Assembly: GCA_963786235.1 (NCBI GenBank)
Contig: CAWAYJ010000028.1
Span: 153,827 to 217,826 of the forward strand
Direction: 5' to 3'
From: an uncultured Gemmatimonadales bacterium
Lineage (GTDB): Bacteria > Gemmatimonadota > Gemmatimonadetes > Longimicrobiales > RSA9
DNA length: 64,000 bases
Shown here: in pieces, positions 39,095-48,883 of the stretch
How positions within the stretch are numbered: the stretch's first letter is position 1
Layout: the number at the start of each line of letters is the position of its first letter
Translations under genes and position numbers: made by a program
The notes under the pieces: generated by a model
Databases searched by the model: none
What the model saw: only the letters and a program-made list of their open reading frames with translations
What the model was told of the DNA's origin: nothing

Positions 39095-40270
39095 ATGGCG
39101 AAGACCTGCGACGTCGCGATCATCGGGGGAGGGATCATGGGCGCCGCCGCCGCCTTCGAACTGGCGCGCCGCGGCCTCGCCGTCACCGTCCTCGAGAAGG
39201 GCGTGCTGGCCGGCGGCGCGACCGGCCGGTCCTCCGCCATCGTCCGCCAGCACTACTCGCACGAGACGACGGCGCGCATGGCGCACTACGGCCTCCAGGT
39301 CTTCGAGGATTTCGATGAGCGCGTGGGCGGCGAATCCGGCTTCGTTCGGCGCGGTTTCCTGATCCTCGTGGCCGAGGCCGATCGCGCAGGTCTCGAGGCC
39401 AACGTCGCACTCCAGCGGCGCGTCGGCATCACCACGGAAGTGATCGCCGCCGAGGCGCTCCGGGAGCTCGTCCCCGGCATCGATGCGGACGGCCTCGTAG
39501 CGGCCGCGTGGGAAGAACGGAGCGGATACGCCGACCCGCACATGACCACGCAGGGTTACGCCGCGGCCGCCCGACGCCACGGCGCCGTCATCCTGCAGGA
39601 GACCGAGGTCCTCGATGTGATGTTCGCGGGCGACCGGGTCACGGGCGTGCGAACGTCCGCCGGAGACCTCGCCGCGGCGACCGTGATCAACTGCGCCGGG
39701 CCGTGGGGCGCGCGTGTGGCGGCCCTCGCCGGGCTGCAGCTGCCGATCCGGCCCGCGCGCGTCCAGGTCGCCGTGTTCGAGCGGCCGCGAGCGTTCGCCT
39801 CGCTCCACCCGGTCGTGCTCGACTTCGTCCACGCCAGCTACTTCCGGCCGGAGACGGGCGAGCTGAGTCTCGTGGGCCGGATCGATCCGGGCGAGGCGGA
39901 CGAGACGGTGGATCCCGACGGGTATCCCGAGCACGCCGACGCTGCCTTCATCGCCGATGTCGGTGACCGTTGGGTGCGGCGCGTGCCGCGCATGGAGGAA
40001 AGCCGGAGCCGCGGCGGCTACGCGGGCCTCTACGCCGTGACGCCGGACTGGCATCCGATCATCGACGAGGTCCCGGCCGGCAGCGGGTTCCTCACCTGCG
40101 CCGGGTTCAGCGGCCACGGGTTCAAGCTCGGGCCCGCCGTCGGACTCATGATCGCGCAGCTCGTGACCCGCGAGGCCGGACCCGCATTCGATGCCTCGCT
40201 CTTCCGCGCCGGGCGCTTCGCCGACGGATCCCTCGTGCGCGGATCCTACGAGTACAGCATCACCGGCTGA
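39095..40270 (+). CDS. FAD-dependent oxidoreductase, DAO family (glycine/sarcosine oxidase-like)
   Basis: GxGxxG (DVAIIGGGIMGAAAAFELARRGLAVTVLEKG) and the C-terminal block GLYAVTPDWHPIID...GFSGHGFKLGPAVG. Confidence 0.8.
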   Translation: MAKTCDVAIIGGGIMGAAAAFELARRGLAVTVLEKGVLAGGATGRSSAIVRQHYSHETTARMAHYGLQVFEDFDERVGGESGFVRRGFLILVAEADRAGLEANVALQRRVGITTEVIAAEALRELVPGIDADGLVAAAWEERSGYADPHMTTQGYAAAARRHGAVILQETEVLDVMFAGDRVTGVRTSAGDLAAATVINCAGPWGARVAALAGLQLPIRPARVQVAVFERPRAFASLHPVVLDFVHASYFRPETGELSLVGRIDPGEADETVDPDGYPEHADAAFIADVGDRWVRRVPRMEESRSRGGYAGLYAVTPDWHPIIDEVPAGSGFLTCAGFSGHGFKLGPAVGLMIAQLVTREAGPAFDASLFRAGRFADGSLVRGSYEYSITG

Positions 40271-40291
40271 GCCGCCGCTGGTCGCGCGCGT

Positions 40292-41410
40292 TCACCGCCG
40301 CCGGAACGGGAAGAAGCGCCGACTGCCCTCGGGACGGGGCGCCGCGGGCTGGCCGACCGTGGCCGCCTCGCTCGACGGTGCGAGCAGAACCGCAACCCAG
40401 CGGTAGCGCGTCTTCTCGAGCATGATCCGCGCCGACATCGTGAGCGGGACCGCGAGCAGCACGCCGATCGCGCCCCACATCCAGCCCCAGAACACCAGAG
40501 ACAGCATCACGACGAGCGGTGAGAGGCCGAGTCTCCGTCCCAGCCACGTCGGCTCGACCATGTTGCCGAGCACCATGTTGATCGCGACGTAGCCGATCGC
40601 GGCGAGCAGTGCCGCGTCGAAGCCGAGGTCGAGCCACGCGAGCAGGATCGCGGGGACGGCCGCGATGATCGAGCCCACGTTGGGCACGAAGTTCAGCACG
40701 AACGCGACGAGGCCCCAGAAGACGGGGAAATCGAGCCCGACGATCGCGACCCACCCGCCCACGAGCACGCCGGTCATCAGGCTGACCACCGTCTTGATCG
40801 CCAGGTAGTGCTGCATCTCCGCCGTCACGGTCCGCATCCCGATCAGGTCGGCCCGCTCGCCGAATGCGCGGCGCAGCTTCTCCGGCAGTCCGTTCGCCTC
40901 GATCATCCCGAACACGGTGATGATCATGATCAGGACCAGCGCCGACGTGAGCGATGCGGCCTCGCGGGCCGCACGCGTCGCGAAGTCGAGCGCCCGCGCC
41001 GCGTTGACGAAGTCGAAGTGCAGCGTATCGGCGACCGGCAGGTTGAGGGTCTGCAGCCACGCGTTGGCCGCCGCTTCGAGCCCCTGCGCCCGCACGGTGT
41101 AGCGCGGGAACTCGTTGCTGATCTCGCCCAGCGACTGGGCCGCGAGCGAGACGAAGAGAGCGCCCAGCCCGAACACCGACAGCACCACGAGCATGATGGC
41201 CAGCGACGAAGGGACGCGCCGCCTCTGCAGCCAGGCCACGGATGGCCGTGTGATTACCACGACGAACCCGGCCAGGGCCACACGCACGAGGATCGGCGCC
41301 GCCGCCTTCATGCCCGCGACGACGACGAAGAGCGCCGCGACCGCGAACAGCGTCCGCGAACGTGTCCCGACGCCCGGTCCTCCTTCCGTGGGGTTTGCCT
41401 CTTCCCGCAT
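40292..41410 (-). CDS. AI-2E family transporter (PerM/TqsA-like)
   Basis: About 370 aa with 7-8 TM helices. Family blocks (FVPNVGSIIAAVPAILLAW; LVFWGWMWGAIGVLLAVPLT). Confidence 0.8.
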   Translation of the reverse strand: MREEANPTEGGPGVGTRSRTLFAVAALFVVVAGMKAAAPILVRVALAGFVVVITRPSVAWLQRRRVPSSLAIMLVVLSVFGLGALFVSLAAQSLGEISNEFPRYTVRAQGLEAAANAWLQTLNLPVADTLHFDFVNAARALDFATRAAREAASLTSALVLIMIITVFGMIEANGLPEKLRRAFGERADLIGMRTVTAEMQHYLAIKTVVSLMTGVLVGGWVAIVGLDFPVFWGLVAFVLNFVPNVGSIIAAVPAILLAWLDLGFDAALLAAIGYVAINMVLGNMVEPTWLGRRLGLSPLVVMLSLVFWGWMWGAIGVLLAVPLTMSARIMLEKTRYRWVAVLLAPSSEAATVGQPAAPRPEGSRRFFPFRRR

Positions 41411-41580
41411 CCTCGATTTCCCGCCTGTTCCGTTGCGGCCAGCCCGCACGGTCACCGCCCGCGTCCCCGTTGCCGCGTTCCCGGGTCCGGTTGCCGACAC
41501 GGGTCCCTCGCCTGCAGCTTGCCACAACGGCGTTGCGGACGCAATGAGGCGGTCGGCGCGGACCCGTGGAGGTCGGCACG

Positions 41581-42339
41581 ATGGGGAAAGCACGATTCGA
41601 GGGTCGGGTGGTCCTCGTGACCGGCGGCAGCCGCGGCATCGGCCGCGCGACGGCGCACGCGCTTGCCGCCGAAGGGGCGGCCGTCGTGATCGTGGCGCGT
41701 GACGAAGGGCGGTGCGCGGCTGCCGCGGCGGCGATTCCCGGCGCGCTGGCGGCTCCCGCCGATGTCCGCGTTGCGGCGGACTGCGAGGACGCCGTGCGAC
41801 TCGCGCTCGCGCGGTTCGGCCGGCTCGACGTCCTCGTGAGTGCGGCGGGAATCATCTACCGCAATCGCACCGTCGAGATGCATAGCGAGGCGGAATGGGA
41901 CGAGACCTTCGACGTGAACGTGAAGGGCACGTTCCTGATGTGTCGCGCGGCGCTGCCCGCGCTGCGTGCCGCGCGTGGCAACGTGGTGAGCGTCTCGTCC
42001 TACACGGGTCTGGTCGGGTTCGCCGGCGCGGCCGCGTACGCCGCATCCAAGGCGGCACTCATCAACCTGATGAGGACGCTGGCGCTCGACCACGCCGCCG
42101 AGGGCATCCGCGCCAACTGTGTGTGTCCAGGCAGCGTCGACACCGACATGATCCACGAAGCGTGGCGATTGACCGGTGACGCCGACGCGGCCGCGCTGGC
42201 CTGGGCCGCGAAGCATCCGCTCGGTCGCATCGCGTCCGCCGCTGAAGTGGCGCGGGCAATCCTCTTCCTCGCCAGTGACGAGGCCACCTTCATCACTGGC
42301 GTCGCCCTGCCCGTCGACGGCGGGATCACGGCCGGCTGA
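41581..42339 (+). CDS. Short-chain dehydrogenase/reductase (SDR) family oxidoreductase
   Basis: GGAGG lies 9 nt upstream of the ATG. TGGSRGIGRA cofactor motif. Catalytic YxxxK (YAASKAAL). Confidence 0.85.
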   Translation: MGKARFEGRVVLVTGGSRGIGRATAHALAAEGAAVVIVARDEGRCAAAAAAIPGALAAPADVRVAADCEDAVRLALARFGRLDVLVSAAGIIYRNRTVEMHSEAEWDETFDVNVKGTFLMCRAALPALRAARGNVVSVSSYTGLVGFAGAAAYAASKAALINLMRTLALDHAAEGIRANCVCPGSVDTDMIHEAWRLTGDADAAALAWAAKHPLGRIASAAEVARAILFLASDEATFITGVALPVDGGITAG

Positions 42340-42395
42340 GCCGCTGCTCTCACCGCCGTCGCCAACGCGGCTGTCAGCGGCGCCAGGGCCTCCGG

Positions 42396-43184
42396 CTACT
42401 CGACCCGGGCGGGCCCGTCCGGCTCGGGCGTGTTCGCTGGCGCCGGTGCCGACGGCGGCGCGGCCGGTTCCACCGCCGGCACCGCCGCGGCGGCGAACTG
42501 CTGGCGATACCAGCGTGCGTGGTGGTGCTGCGCCCACTTCCGGTCGACGAACCCGGTGAACATCCCCTGCAGCGCGACCCTCGTATCCCTCGGCACCGTG
42601 GCCATGAAGATGTGGCCGAGCAGGAACGGCGTGGCGAGGAGCGCCATGAACAGGTGGACGAGCCAGGAAAGCAGCGCGGCGCCCGAAAGCCACATCGCGA
42701 GTCCCGTTGCCACGTAGAACGGGTACGTCGACATCACCATCATGAAGTTGAGCTTCTGCGCCGCGTTGAACTTTCCCTGCTCCGGGAGCGGGATCCGCTT
42801 GTTGACCGTCGCGAGCGCGAACATGCCCAGCCATTTCACGTCGCTCAACACCCAGATCCACGCCTGCCGTACGTTGTAGAAGTGGATCCGGAAGTCGTGC
42901 CGGCTCCGGGTCACGGCAAGGATCGGGAGCATGATGAGCAGCGTCCCACTGATCCGGTGCACGATCGACAGCGTTTCCCGGTATGGCCGGCCCGGATCCG
43001 GATTGTAGAAGAACACGAGCACGAGCGCGGTCGTGAAGCAGCCGAGGAAGGGAAGCGCGATCGCCCAGTGCAGGCGCCGCTCCGATGCGCGGAAGCGGAG
43101 CACCTTGGCGCTCCACTCGACTCCGGTTCCGGTGGCCGTCGCCGCGTCCGCGTCCGCAACCAGTTTCCGGGCCGCGCTTTCCAT
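42396..43184 (-). CDS. b-type cytochrome, Ni/Fe-hydrogenase / formate-dehydrogenase gamma-like (PF01292-type)
   Basis: Four TM helices with conserved His (HWAIALPF, HRISGTLLIM, HLFMALLATPFLLGHIF). It has no adjacent catalytic partner genes. Confidence 0.55.
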   Translation of the reverse strand: MESAARKLVADADAATATGTGVEWSAKVLRFRASERRLHWAIALPFLGCFTTALVLVFFYNPDPGRPYRETLSIVHRISGTLLIMLPILAVTRSRHDFRIHFYNVRQAWIWVLSDVKWLGMFALATVNKRIPLPEQGKFNAAQKLNFMMVMSTYPFYVATGLAMWLSGAALLSWLVHLFMALLATPFLLGHIFMATVPRDTRVALQGMFTGFVDRKWAQHHHARWYRQQFAAAAVPAVEPAAPPSAPAPANTPEPDGPARVE

Positions 43185-43388
43185 TTCCCACCTCGTGTGT
43201 TCTGGAGCATCGTGCAGGGCGTTGCGAAACAACGAGTTGTGGCGAGGTCGCGGGGCGCGCCACCTGCGGCTGCGCTGCAGCTATGCAAGGCCCGGGCCCA
43301 CTCCGGCCGCGCCTCCATTGACGGCGCCACCGGCAGCCCCGATCCTGATCCCGTCCGACCTGTGCCACTCGATACCGGAAAGACGCTC

Positions 43389-44522
43389 ATGAACTCGACC
43401 GGACTCTTCGAACGAACGGCCCGCCGCGCCTGCGCGGCGGCTATTCTCCTGACCCTCGCGTCGGTGGCGGATGCCGCCGCCCAGCGCGGGCAGCGCCAGG
43501 CCGTCCGGATGGACTCGGTCCGGGCGCAACGGTTGTACGTCAGCGACAGCTGGGATGACCACCCCGTCGCCAACTACGCGCGGGACATGGCGGGGAAGGC
43601 GCGGACGGACAGCATCTACCGCGCGGTGACGGCCGGCGTCGTCGATTTCCGGAAGATCACCTACAAGAGCCGCATCGGCGACATGGACATCCCGGCATAT
43701 CTCTTCCAGCCGCGCGAGAAGCGCGGGCTCCGGGGTCACGCCGCCATGGTCTGGGTGCACGGCGGAGTGCACGGGAACATGACGGAATCGTACTGGCCGT
43801 TCATCCGCGAGGCGGTAGAGCGCGGCTACGTCATCATCACGCCGGAGTATCGGGGCAGCACCGGCTACGGCGAGGCGTTCCATCGCGCGATCGACTACGG
43901 CGGCTACGAGGTCGATGACGTGATCTCGGCGTACGACTGGCTGACGCAGAACCTGCCGCACGTCGATCCGGAGCGGGTCGGCATCATGGGATGGAGCCAT
44001 GGCGGCTACATCACGCTGATGTCGGTCACGCGGGAGGGCAACCCGTTCAAGGCGGGGGCAGCGCTCGTGCCGGTCACGAACCTGATCTTCCGCCTTTCGT
44101 TCAAGGGCCCGGGCTACCAGCGCAGCTTCTCGACGCAGCAGCGGGTGCAGGGTCTGCCGTTCGAAAAGCGTGACGTGTACATCGAACGGTCGCCCTACTA
44201 CCAGGTGGACAAGCTGCAGACGCCGCTGCTCGTCCACATCGCGACGAACGACCAGGACGTGAACTTCGAGGAAGCCTCGATGCTGGTCTACAAGCTGCGC
44301 GCGATCAAGCCGGACATCACCGAGACCAAGATCTACGTGGACCCGACACCGTTCGGGTCGAGCGTCGGGCACCAGTTCAGCCGGCGTGTCGACCCCGAGA
44401 CGCTCGAGCGCCTCGACTCGCCCGCGCAGCGGGATTCCTGGAACCGGACGTGGGCGTTCCTGGAAGAGCACCTGCGGCCGTACGAGGATCCGTCGAAGCC
44501 CGCTCCGCCCGCGCGCCGCTGA
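43389..44522 (+). CDS. Secreted S9-family serine peptidase (prolyl oligopeptidase / alpha-beta hydrolase)
   Basis: Signal peptide. Nucleophile elbow GWSHGGY. Catalytic-domain size. Confidence 0.75.
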   Translation: MNSTGLFERTARRACAAAILLTLASVADAAAQRGQRQAVRMDSVRAQRLYVSDSWDDHPVANYARDMAGKARTDSIYRAVTAGVVDFRKITYKSRIGDMDIPAYLFQPREKRGLRGHAAMVWVHGGVHGNMTESYWPFIREAVERGYVIITPEYRGSTGYGEAFHRAIDYGGYEVDDVISAYDWLTQNLPHVDPERVGIMGWSHGGYITLMSVTREGNPFKAGAALVPVTNLIFRLSFKGPGYQRSFSTQQRVQGLPFEKRDVYIERSPYYQVDKLQTPLLVHIATNDQDVNFEEASMLVYKLRAIKPDITETKIYVDPTPFGSSVGHQFSRRVDPETLERLDSPAQRDSWNRTWAFLEEHLRPYEDPSKPAPPARR

Positions 44523-44559
44523 GCCGCGGTTGCGCGGCGACGGACGCCACGACAGTGAG

Positions 44560-46170
44560 GCCGGAACGGTGAGCGGTGCGAGCCCGTCGTTCGACGCCGA
44601 CTTCATCGTCGTCGGATCCGGGTTCGGTGGTGCCGTGTCCGCGCTGCGGCTCGCCGAGAAGGGGTATCGCGTCGTCGTGCTGGAGCAGGGAAAGCGCTGG
44701 CAGGCGACCGATTTCCCGCGCACGAACTGGTCCCTTCGCAAGTACCTCTGGCTGCCGCGGCTCGGCATGCACGGCATCCAGGTGCTCACCTTTCTGCGTC
44801 ACGCGCTGGTACTGCACGGGCGCGGCGTCGGTGGTGGCTCCCTCGTCTACGCCAACACGCTCATCGCGCCGCCGGACGAGGTCTTCGAACGGCCGGGCTG
44901 GAACGCGCCCGATTGGGCCGCCCGCCTCGCGCCCCACTATGCGGAAGCTCGGCGCATGCTCGGCGCCGTCCCCTGCGAGGGCATCGGCCGGACGGATGCG
45001 TTGCTGCGCGATGTCGTGGCCGGGATAGGCGGACCGGGCACGTTCCACGTCCACGATGTCGGCGTCTATTTCGGACTGCCCGGCGTCGATGTGCCCGATC
45101 CATATTTCGGCGGGAAGGGTCCGGAGCGAACCGGGTGCACGCGCTGCGGCGCCTGCATGATCGGTTGTCCGATCGGCGCCAAGAACACGCTCGACCGGAA
45201 CTACCTGTGGCTCGCCGAACGGCTGGGCGCGCGCATCGTGCCCGAGACCGAGGCACTCTCGATCCGGCCGGCCGACGGCGGCTGGGTGGTGCACACGCGC
45301 CGTTCGCTTGGCATGCGCCGGTCGCGACGGGTCTGGCGAGCGCGCAACGTGGTGGTGTGTGGCGGCGTGATCGGGACCATCCGATTGCTGCTCCGTTCCC
45401 GGCGCTGGCTGCCCCGCCTGCCGCCATCGGTCGGTCGCTTCGTGCTCACCAACTCGGAATCGATCCTCGCCGCGGACGCCCGGCCGAACGAAGGCGACTG
45501 GATCGATCACGTCGCCATCACCTCCGGCGTGTATGCGGATGAGCGGACGCACCTCGAGATGGTCCGCTTCAACAAGGGGTCGGACGCCCTCTTCTGGCTC
45601 GCGACCCCGCTTACCGATGGCGGCGGCCGCATCCCCCGTCCGCTGCGTCTGCTCGGCAACATCCTGCGACGGCCGCTCCGGTTTCTGCGCGGGCTCTGGC
45701 CGTTCGGGCGGGCCGAGCGCACCGGGATCGTCCTCGCCATGCAGGCCACGGACGGCCATCTCGAGCTGGAGTACCGACCGCGCTGGTGGCGGTTCGGACG
45801 GCCCGGCTTCGGTTCGCGATTACCCGCGGGCCAGCCGCGTCCCGTATCCTGGATACCGGTCGCGAACGAGGTCACACGCCGGCTCGCGCGCGCCATGGGA
45901 GGCGACGCGTGGAGCACGTGGCCGGAGGTCGTCTACGGCGCGCCCACGACCGCGCACATCCTCGGCGGCTGCCGGATCGGCGAGTCGGCGGACGACGGCG
46001 TCGTCGATTCCGGCGGCGAGGTCTTCGGACACCCCGGCCTCTTCGTCGCCGACGGCTCCGTCGTGCCCGTCAATCTCGGCGTCAACCCGAGCCTCACCAT
46101 CACGGCACTTGCCGAGTATTTCATGGCGCAGGTGCCGCCGCGTCACGCCGGATCGAGTTCCGCCGGGTGA
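44560..46170 (+). CDS. GMC-family FAD oxidoreductase (cholesterol oxidase-like)
   Basis: GTG start in frame. DFIVVGSGFGGAVSALRLAEKGYRVVVLEQG and the C-terminal block HILGGCRIG...GLFVADGSVVP. Confidence 0.85.
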   Translation, partial: AGTVSGASPSFDADFIVVGSGFGGAVSALRLAEKGYRVVVLEQGKRWQATDFPRTNWSLRKYLWLPRLGMHGIQVLTFLRHALVLHGRGVGGGSLVYANTLIAPPDEVFERPGWNAPDWAARLAPHYAEARRMLGAVPCEGIGRTDALLRDVVAGIGGPGTFHVHDVGVYFGLPGVDVPDPYFGGKGPERTGCTRCGACMIGCPIGAKNTLDRNYLWLAERLGARIVPETEALSIRPADGGWVVHTRRSLGMRRSRRVWRARNVVVCGGVIGTIRLLLRSRRWLPRLPPSVGRFVLTNSESILAADARPNEGDWIDHVAITSGVYADERTHLEMVRFNKGSDALFWLATPLTDGGGRIPRPLRLLGNILRRPLRFLRGLWPFGRAERTGIVLAMQATDGHLELEYRPRWWRFGRPGFGSRLPAGQPRPVSWIPVANEVTRRLARAMGGDAWSTWPEVVYGAPTTAHILGGCRIGESADDGVVDSGGEVFGHPGLFVADGSVVPVNLGVNPSLTITALAEYFMAQVPPRHAGSSSAG

Positions 46171-46190
46171 GGGGCGCGTTGGGATTGGCG

Positions 46191-47759
46191 TCACTCCGCG
46201 ATGACGCCGGGTCCGTCTCGCGAGCGTCGATCGAACTTGCGCGTGCGCAGGAGCAGGGCGAGCGGAAGCGTGAAGAGGAAGAGGATCGTGACCAGCATGA
46301 ACACGTGGTTGTACGCCAGGACCGCCGCCTGCTGCAGGACCGAGAGATCGAGGAACTTGTAAGCCCGCAGCCGGGCCGTGAACGGATCGATTCCCCGCTG
46401 GATCATCCCGGCGGTGGCGCCGTTGAGGAATTGCCGGGTTGGAGCATCGAACGCGGTCACGTGCTCCGACAGGATGGCGTGGTATCCGGACATCGAGCGG
46501 GTCAGCGTCGTGGCCGAGAGAGCGATGCCGACGCTGCCGAACACCTGCCGCACCACGTTGTAGAGACCGGCCGCCTGCGTCATCTGGGGTGGCGGGATGT
46601 TGGAGAGCGCGGCGGTCGAGAGCGAGACGAACAGCAGGCCGAAGCCGACGCCCTGCCAGAGCTGCGGCCAGAAGATGTCCCAGAAGCCGACGTCCATCGT
46701 CAGGTGCGACAGCTCCCAGAAGGAGTACGCGCTCACGGCGAGTCCCACGAACGCCAGTATCCGCGGCCCGACCCGGTTGTACATGCGCCCGCCCAGCGGC
46801 ATGATGACCGCCATGGCCGCGCTGCGCGGGACCAGCACGACGCCCGACCACATCGCCGAGTAGCCGAGCAGGTTCTGCAGGAAAAGCGGCAGCAGGAAGA
46901 GCCCGCCGAACAGGCCGGCCCCGAGCACGCCGCCGATCGAGGTCGCCGTCGTGAAGGCGCGGTCCTTCAGGATGCGGAGGTTCACGGAGGGACGGTTCGT
47001 GTGCAGTTCCTGCACGACGAAGAACACCAGGCCGAGCACTGCCAGGACCGCGAGCGTCGTGATGTAGGCCGACGTGAACCAGTCGTTCCGGTCACCCTGC
47101 TCCAGCATGAGCTGCAGCGCGCCGAGTCCGATGGCGAGCAGCGCCAGGCCGGTCCAGTCGATCCTGCCCCTGTCCCGGACCAGGTAGTCCGGGTCGCGGA
47201 TGTAGCGGGTAACGAGGATCGCGCTCAGAATGCCGACCGGCACGTTGACGTAGAAGACCCACGGCCACGTGTAGTTGTCCGTGATCCACCCGCCCAGCGT
47301 GGGCCCCACGGCCGGCGCGACCACCACGCCCATGCCGTAGATGCCCATCGCCATGCCCTGCTCCTCGGGCGGAAATGTCTCGCGCAGGATCGCCTGGGCG
47401 GCCGTGACGATGACGCCGCCGCCGAATCCCTGGAGCACGCGAAAGAAGACCATCAGCGGCAGCGAGCGGGCCAGACCGCAGAGCATCGACGCGACGGTGA
47501 ACGTCAACAGGCTGAACAGGAACAGGTTCCTGCGGCCGAACCGCTGCGAGAGCATGCCCGTGATCGGCATGACGATGACCTGCGCCAGGATGTAGCCCGT
47601 GACGACCCAGGTGATCTCCTCGACCGTGGCGCCGAGCGTTCCCCGCATGGAGGGAAGCGCGACGTTGATGATGCTCGCGTCCAGCACCGCCATGATGGTG
47701 CCGGTGAGGACGGTCCCGGCCACCACCCACTTGTGCGTGTTGCCCGACTCCGCGCTCAT
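46191..47759 (-). CDS. MFS multidrug efflux transporter, DHA2 (EmrB/QacA) family
   Basis: 522 aa with 14 TM helices. Motif A-like LSQRFGRRNLFLFSL. ATGA overlap with the upstream HlyD gene. Confidence 0.85.
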   Translation of the reverse strand: MSAESGNTHKWVVAGTVLTGTIMAVLDASIINVALPSMRGTLGATVEEITWVVTGYILAQVIVMPITGMLSQRFGRRNLFLFSLLTFTVASMLCGLARSLPLMVFFRVLQGFGGGVIVTAAQAILRETFPPEEQGMAMGIYGMGVVVAPAVGPTLGGWITDNYTWPWVFYVNVPVGILSAILVTRYIRDPDYLVRDRGRIDWTGLALLAIGLGALQLMLEQGDRNDWFTSAYITTLAVLAVLGLVFFVVQELHTNRPSVNLRILKDRAFTTATSIGGVLGAGLFGGLFLLPLFLQNLLGYSAMWSGVVLVPRSAAMAVIMPLGGRMYNRVGPRILAFVGLAVSAYSFWELSHLTMDVGFWDIFWPQLWQGVGFGLLFVSLSTAALSNIPPPQMTQAAGLYNVVRQVFGSVGIALSATTLTRSMSGYHAILSEHVTAFDAPTRQFLNGATAGMIQRGIDPFTARLRAYKFLDLSVLQQAAVLAYNHVFMLVTILFLFTLPLALLLRTRKFDRRSRDGPGVIAE

Positions 47760-48883
47760 CCCGTCGCGACGTGCACGATCACCGACATGCCGGGCCGCAG
47801 CGGACGTTCCGGGCCGCAGCCGCGCGTCACCTCGATCTTGACCGGAACCCGCTGCACGACCTTCGTGAAGTTGCCGGTCGCGTTCTCCGCCGGCAGCAGC
47901 GCGAACTGCGAGCCCGTCGCGCCGCCGAGACTCTCGACCGCGCCCTGCCCCTCACAGTGGTCGTACGCGTCCACCTCGAACTCGACGTCCGCGCCCGGCC
48001 GGATGTCGGAGACCTGCGTCTCCTTGAAATTGGCCGTGATGTAGATCCCCGAGTCCGCGACGATCGTGAGCACCGGCTGTCCCGGCTGCAGCAGCTGCCC
48101 GGGCTCGACCGACCGCTTCGCGACCAGGCCCGCGATCGGTGCCGTGATCCGGGCGTACGAGAGCTGCAGGTGCGCCGCGTCCACCGCCACTCGCGCCGAT
48201 TCCAGCCGCGCTTGCGCCTGGCGGAGCCCCGCCTGCGCCGTGGCGACGGCCGCCTCGGCCGCCGACCGCTGCTCCTCGAGCGCCTTCAGTCCCGAGCGCC
48301 CCGCATCGACGGCTGCCCGCGCCCCATCGAGCTGCTGCTGCGAGATGATCTGCTTGTCGGCAAGACCCTCGAGACGCGCAAGATCCCGCTCGGCCTTCGT
48401 GACATTCGTCTGCGCGGCCTCGAGCTGTGCGCTGAGCGCCGCTCGCTGCCTGCGGGCCTGCTCGACCTGCGCCTGCACCTGACCTGCGACGCCGCCGCCG
48501 CCCGCCGCGGCCTGCGCTGCCGAGTACTCCGCTTCCGCCTGTGCCAGCCTCTGGCGAAGCTCCGTTTCATCGATCGTGACCAGCGCCTCGCCTTCCGCCA
48601 CGTGCTGGTTCTCCTCGACCGGCGTCGTGGCCGCGTAGCCGCCCACCTTCGCCAGGACCGGCACCAGCTTGCCGGCCACGTAGGCGTCATCGGTCGACTC
48701 GTGAACGCGACCGTACTGCCAGAGGCGCACACCCCACACGAGCAGGACCAGCGCCACCGGCAGAGCGATGATCAGCAACAGCCGACGTCGCGAGCGCGGC
48801 GCGGCCGGCGTCTTCACAGGTTCAGACATGCTCCCCGTCTTCTCCATCGGGTCTCCCTCTCCCGCCCGTCCCGGATCGGTCAT
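47756..48883 (-). CDS. HlyD-family membrane fusion protein (EmrA-like)
   Basis: N-terminal TM helix, a long coiled-coil (AQAEAEYSAAQ...LEAAQTNVTKAERDLARLEGL), then a beta-barrel/lipoyl region. The start overlaps the TolC stop. Confidence 0.8.
   Translation of the reverse strand: MTDPGRAGEGDPMEKTGSMSEPVKTPAAPRSRRRLLLIIALPVALVLLVWGVRLWQYGRVHESTDDAYVAGKLVPVLAKVGGYAATTPVEENQHVAEGEALVTIDETELRQRLAQAEAEYSAAQAAAGGGGVAGQVQAQVEQARRQRAALSAQLEAAQTNVTKAERDLARLEGLADKQIISQQQLDGARAAVDAGRSGLKALEEQRSAAEAAVATAQAGLRQAQARLESARVAVDAAHLQLSYARITAPIAGLVAKRSVEPGQLLQPGQPVLTIVADSGIYITANFKETQVSDIRPGADVEFEVDAYDHCEGQGAVESLGGATGSQFALLPAENATGNFTKVVQRVPVKIEVTRGCGPERPLRPGMSVIVHVATG

Noticed and set aside
41452-43368. 638-aa minus-strand ORF antisense to the SDR gene
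   Set aside because: Arg/Gly-rich. It overlaps the SDR gene and cytochrome b gene boundaries with no motifs.
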